Of a DNA stretch of 18,246 nt, positions 16,244 through 18,246 are shown piece after piece. Position numbers and translations under genes: made by a program. Within the stretch, counting starts at the first letter, position 1. Every line of letters starts with the position of its first letter. The DNA is taken from NCBI GenBank assembly GCA_037142195.1, contig JBAXBA010000074.1:1-18246 (forward strand). Reading direction: 5' to 3'. Origin of the DNA: Pseudomonadota bacterium (GTDB taxonomy: Bacteria; Bdellovibrionota_B; Oligoflexia; Oligoflexales; CAIMVM01). The notes beneath the pieces were generated by a model, which did no database searches, was not told where the DNA came from, and saw only the letters and a program-made list of their open reading frames with translations.

Positions 16244-17461
16244 TTAGCCAGCTGCTTTTTGACCGAGGCTCAAAAGTTTGGTTGTAAGTTCCAGTTTTTC
16301 ATTTGCTTTCTCGAAGCTGGGTTTCATTTTTTTGACTTCGAGTAAAAGCTCATGGGCCTTTAAAATATCATCTCTAGTTTTCTTATTGATGTGTGCAATC
16401 GCCATATTATAGAGAATGCGATAGAGATCTTTATCCCCGGGGATCAGTCCGCGTGCACGGGAATATTCACTGATCGCCGAATCAAAATCGAGAGTTTTGG
16501 AAAGCATTACGCCTTTATTATTGAAATGCTTAATAAGCTCAGTAGGAGTCGAGGTCTGCTTTGAAAAATCCCTGGCATGTTCTTCAAATCCGCCGTCAAA
16601 TAGTTTCTGATAGACATCAAATTTCAAATCTTTATTTTCAGGCGAAAAGGCCATCAGCTCAGAATACTTTTCAATGCTTTTAATGGGTTCTTTCATGGCT
16701 AAGTAAAGTCCAGCCATTTCTGTGATACGATGGAGATTGGAAGGTGCAATAGCATCAGCTTTTTCATACAAAACTCTAGCCTTTGCTAGGTCACCGGATT
16801 CCACTGATAGACGAGCCATATCATTGAGGTACTTCATGTTATTTGGTTCTTGTTTATGGAGCTCTTCAAGTAGCCCAAGTGCCTCTTCAATTTTTCCTAT
16901 TTTGGCAAAAATCATGGCGGTTTCGTGCCTGCCGTGTTTTCCTAGGGGCATCAGTTTATCTTTGCAAACTTGGTAGACTTTATCAACTTTGCCTTGACTC
17001 AATAAAGGATCGATAATCTTATAGCGAATCTCGTTAAAACTAGCTCGATTTTGACCGTTCTGCATGGTTTTGGACAATACACCTAAAAGCCCACCTAGAC
17101 TAACGGGCTTTGTTATGACGAGAACATCTCCCAGCTCTGTGATGAGGGCTTCTTCGTTCGGGGATCGTTGAATGCCCGTGAGCATTACGATAGGAACTTC
17201 TTTTTTACCGTCAAAGAGGCTAGCTCTAAATTTTTGCACGATAACTGTTCCTGGAAGTTCTTCAAATTCCAGCTCCACGAGTACCACGTCAAATCGAATT
17301 TGATTGAACTTATATATAGCCGCTTCAAAAGTACTGGCCTTTTCCACCATGATTCCATGGTTCTTAACCAGATTCTCAATTTGATTCGTAACGCTCACGT
17401 CATCATCGATAACGAGAATTTTTCTTGGTAATGTGGAATCAGTAGCCATCAGTATTCCCAT
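16244..17461 (-). CDS. Response regulator receiver domain (atypical, Asp to Glu) + TPR repeats
   Basis: KILVIDDD, FDVVLVE, PIVMLT, ITKP, then TPR-like helices (EPNN, APSN, NNKGV...LYNMAIA). Start could be 17449. Confidence 0.88.
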   Translation of the reverse strand: MGILMATDSTLPRKILVIDDDVSVTNQIENLVKNHGIMVEKASTFEAAIYKFNQIRFDVVLVELEFEELPGTVIVQKFRASLFDGKKEVPIVMLTGIQRSPNEEALITELGDVLVITKPVSLGGLLGVLSKTMQNGQNRASFNEIRYKIIDPLLSQGKVDKVYQVCKDKLMPLGKHGRHETAMIFAKIGKIEEALGLLEELHKQEPNNMKYLNDMARLSVESGDLAKARVLYEKADAIAPSNLHRITEMAGLYLAMKEPIKSIEKYSELMAFSPENKDLKFDVYQKLFDGGFEEHARDFSKQTSTPTELIKHFNNKGVMLSKTLDFDSAISEYSRARGLIPGDKDLYRILYNMAIAHINKKTRDDILKAHELLLEVKKMKPSFEKANEKLELTTKLLSLGQKAAG

Positions 17462-17804
17462 CAGTATTTCATAAGGCTTTATCGACTCAAATCTTCAGAT
17501 GATGAGTTGGGAAAGATTACTATTTTAAAACAATTGCCTTTTTTCAAGCGATTACGGGCATTTGCACAGGAAGAGAGTTGTGTTTTTTAAAGAGTTTGGT
17601 TTTCCCACATCCCAGCCAAAGGACTTTTTGAGTCCCTTTCCCGTTCAAACCAAGAATTTGGGGGAGAGATTGACTTAGTGGCGAGTGAGTCAATTAAGAC
17701 AGTCTCTAAATAGGGGATAAAGGGCTAAATTCAAAGCAAATTCAAGGTGACACAAAGACTTAAAAAATGTTTACTATGAGCTTAGGCTTAAAATGGAGCA
17801 TAAA

Positions 17805-18246
17805 ATGAATGTACTGGTTACGGGCGGGTTAGGCTATATCGGCTCTCATACGGTCGTTGAATTGGTGGCCGCTGGCTACAAGCCTGTCATTGTCGACTCT
17901 TTGGTCAATAGCAATTTAGGCTGCCTTTCGCGGTTAAATACCATCACAAAGCGCGACATTCCTTTTTATCATATGGATATTTCTGAAAGCATGAAAATGC
18001 GCCAGATTCTAAGTCAAGAAAAGATTACGGGAGTTATTCACTTTGCAGCGCTCAAGGCGGTAGGTGAGTCAGTGGCAAAGCCTTTAAGCTACTATGCAAA
18101 TAATGTGTCATCAACCATATCGTTTCTTGGAGATTTAGAGCACTTGGGAATTCGCCAAGTGGTGTTTAGCTCTTCAGCAACGGTTTATGGAAACCCCAAG
18201 TCAGTGCCCATCAGTGAGGGTTTTGAAGTCCATGCCATCAATCCCT
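17805..18246 (+). CDS. galE: UDP-glucose 4-epimerase GalE (5' part, runs off the window; not in the ORF track)
   Basis: My translation: MNVLVTGGLGYIGSHTVVEL...VIHFAALKAVGESVAKPLSYYANNV...VFSSSATVYGNP. RBS GGAG at 17795-17798. Confidence 0.95.
   Translation, partial: MNVLVTGGLGYIGSHTVVELVAAGYKPVIVDSLVNSNLGCLSRLNTITKRDIPFYHMDISESMKMRQILSQEKITGVIHFAALKAVGESVAKPLSYYANNVSSTISFLGDLEHLGIRQVVFSSSATVYGNPKSVPISEGFEVHAINP

Noticed and set aside
17580..17660. Possible c-di-GMP-I riboswitch (minus strand GAAAGGGACTCAAAAAGTCC)
   Set aside because: I could not build the GNRA tetraloop stem or the P1/P3 pairing. An Rfam scan would be needed.

Overview
Bacterial chromosomal window (~43% GC by eye) with 15 credible CDSs and no rRNA, tRNA, CRISPR or mobile element. 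Housekeeping genes (rarA, serB, partial galE) are mixed with exported hydrolases (CHAP/NlpC-P60-like lipoprotein, S8 subtilase, trypsin-like protease, GH1), orphan lipoproteins and signalling proteins (GAF/HD-GYP, Hpt-like, CHASE2-PP2C, receiver-TPR). The gene mix and promoter style suggest Bdellovibrionota/Oligoflexia, which is inference only. Main observations: (1) the GH1 matches the plant chloroplast galactolipid transglycosylase SFR2 block by block, compared from memory; (2) a 4-Cys module is shared by two unrelated lipoproteins 14 kb apart; (3) three lipoprotein genes have sigma54 -24/-12 sites with a shared TGTC-N9-GAC-like upstream motif, while signalling genes have sigma28-like sites; (4) three signalling proteins have altered key residues; (5) a 14-bp tandem repeat sits in the rarA/serB terminator region.
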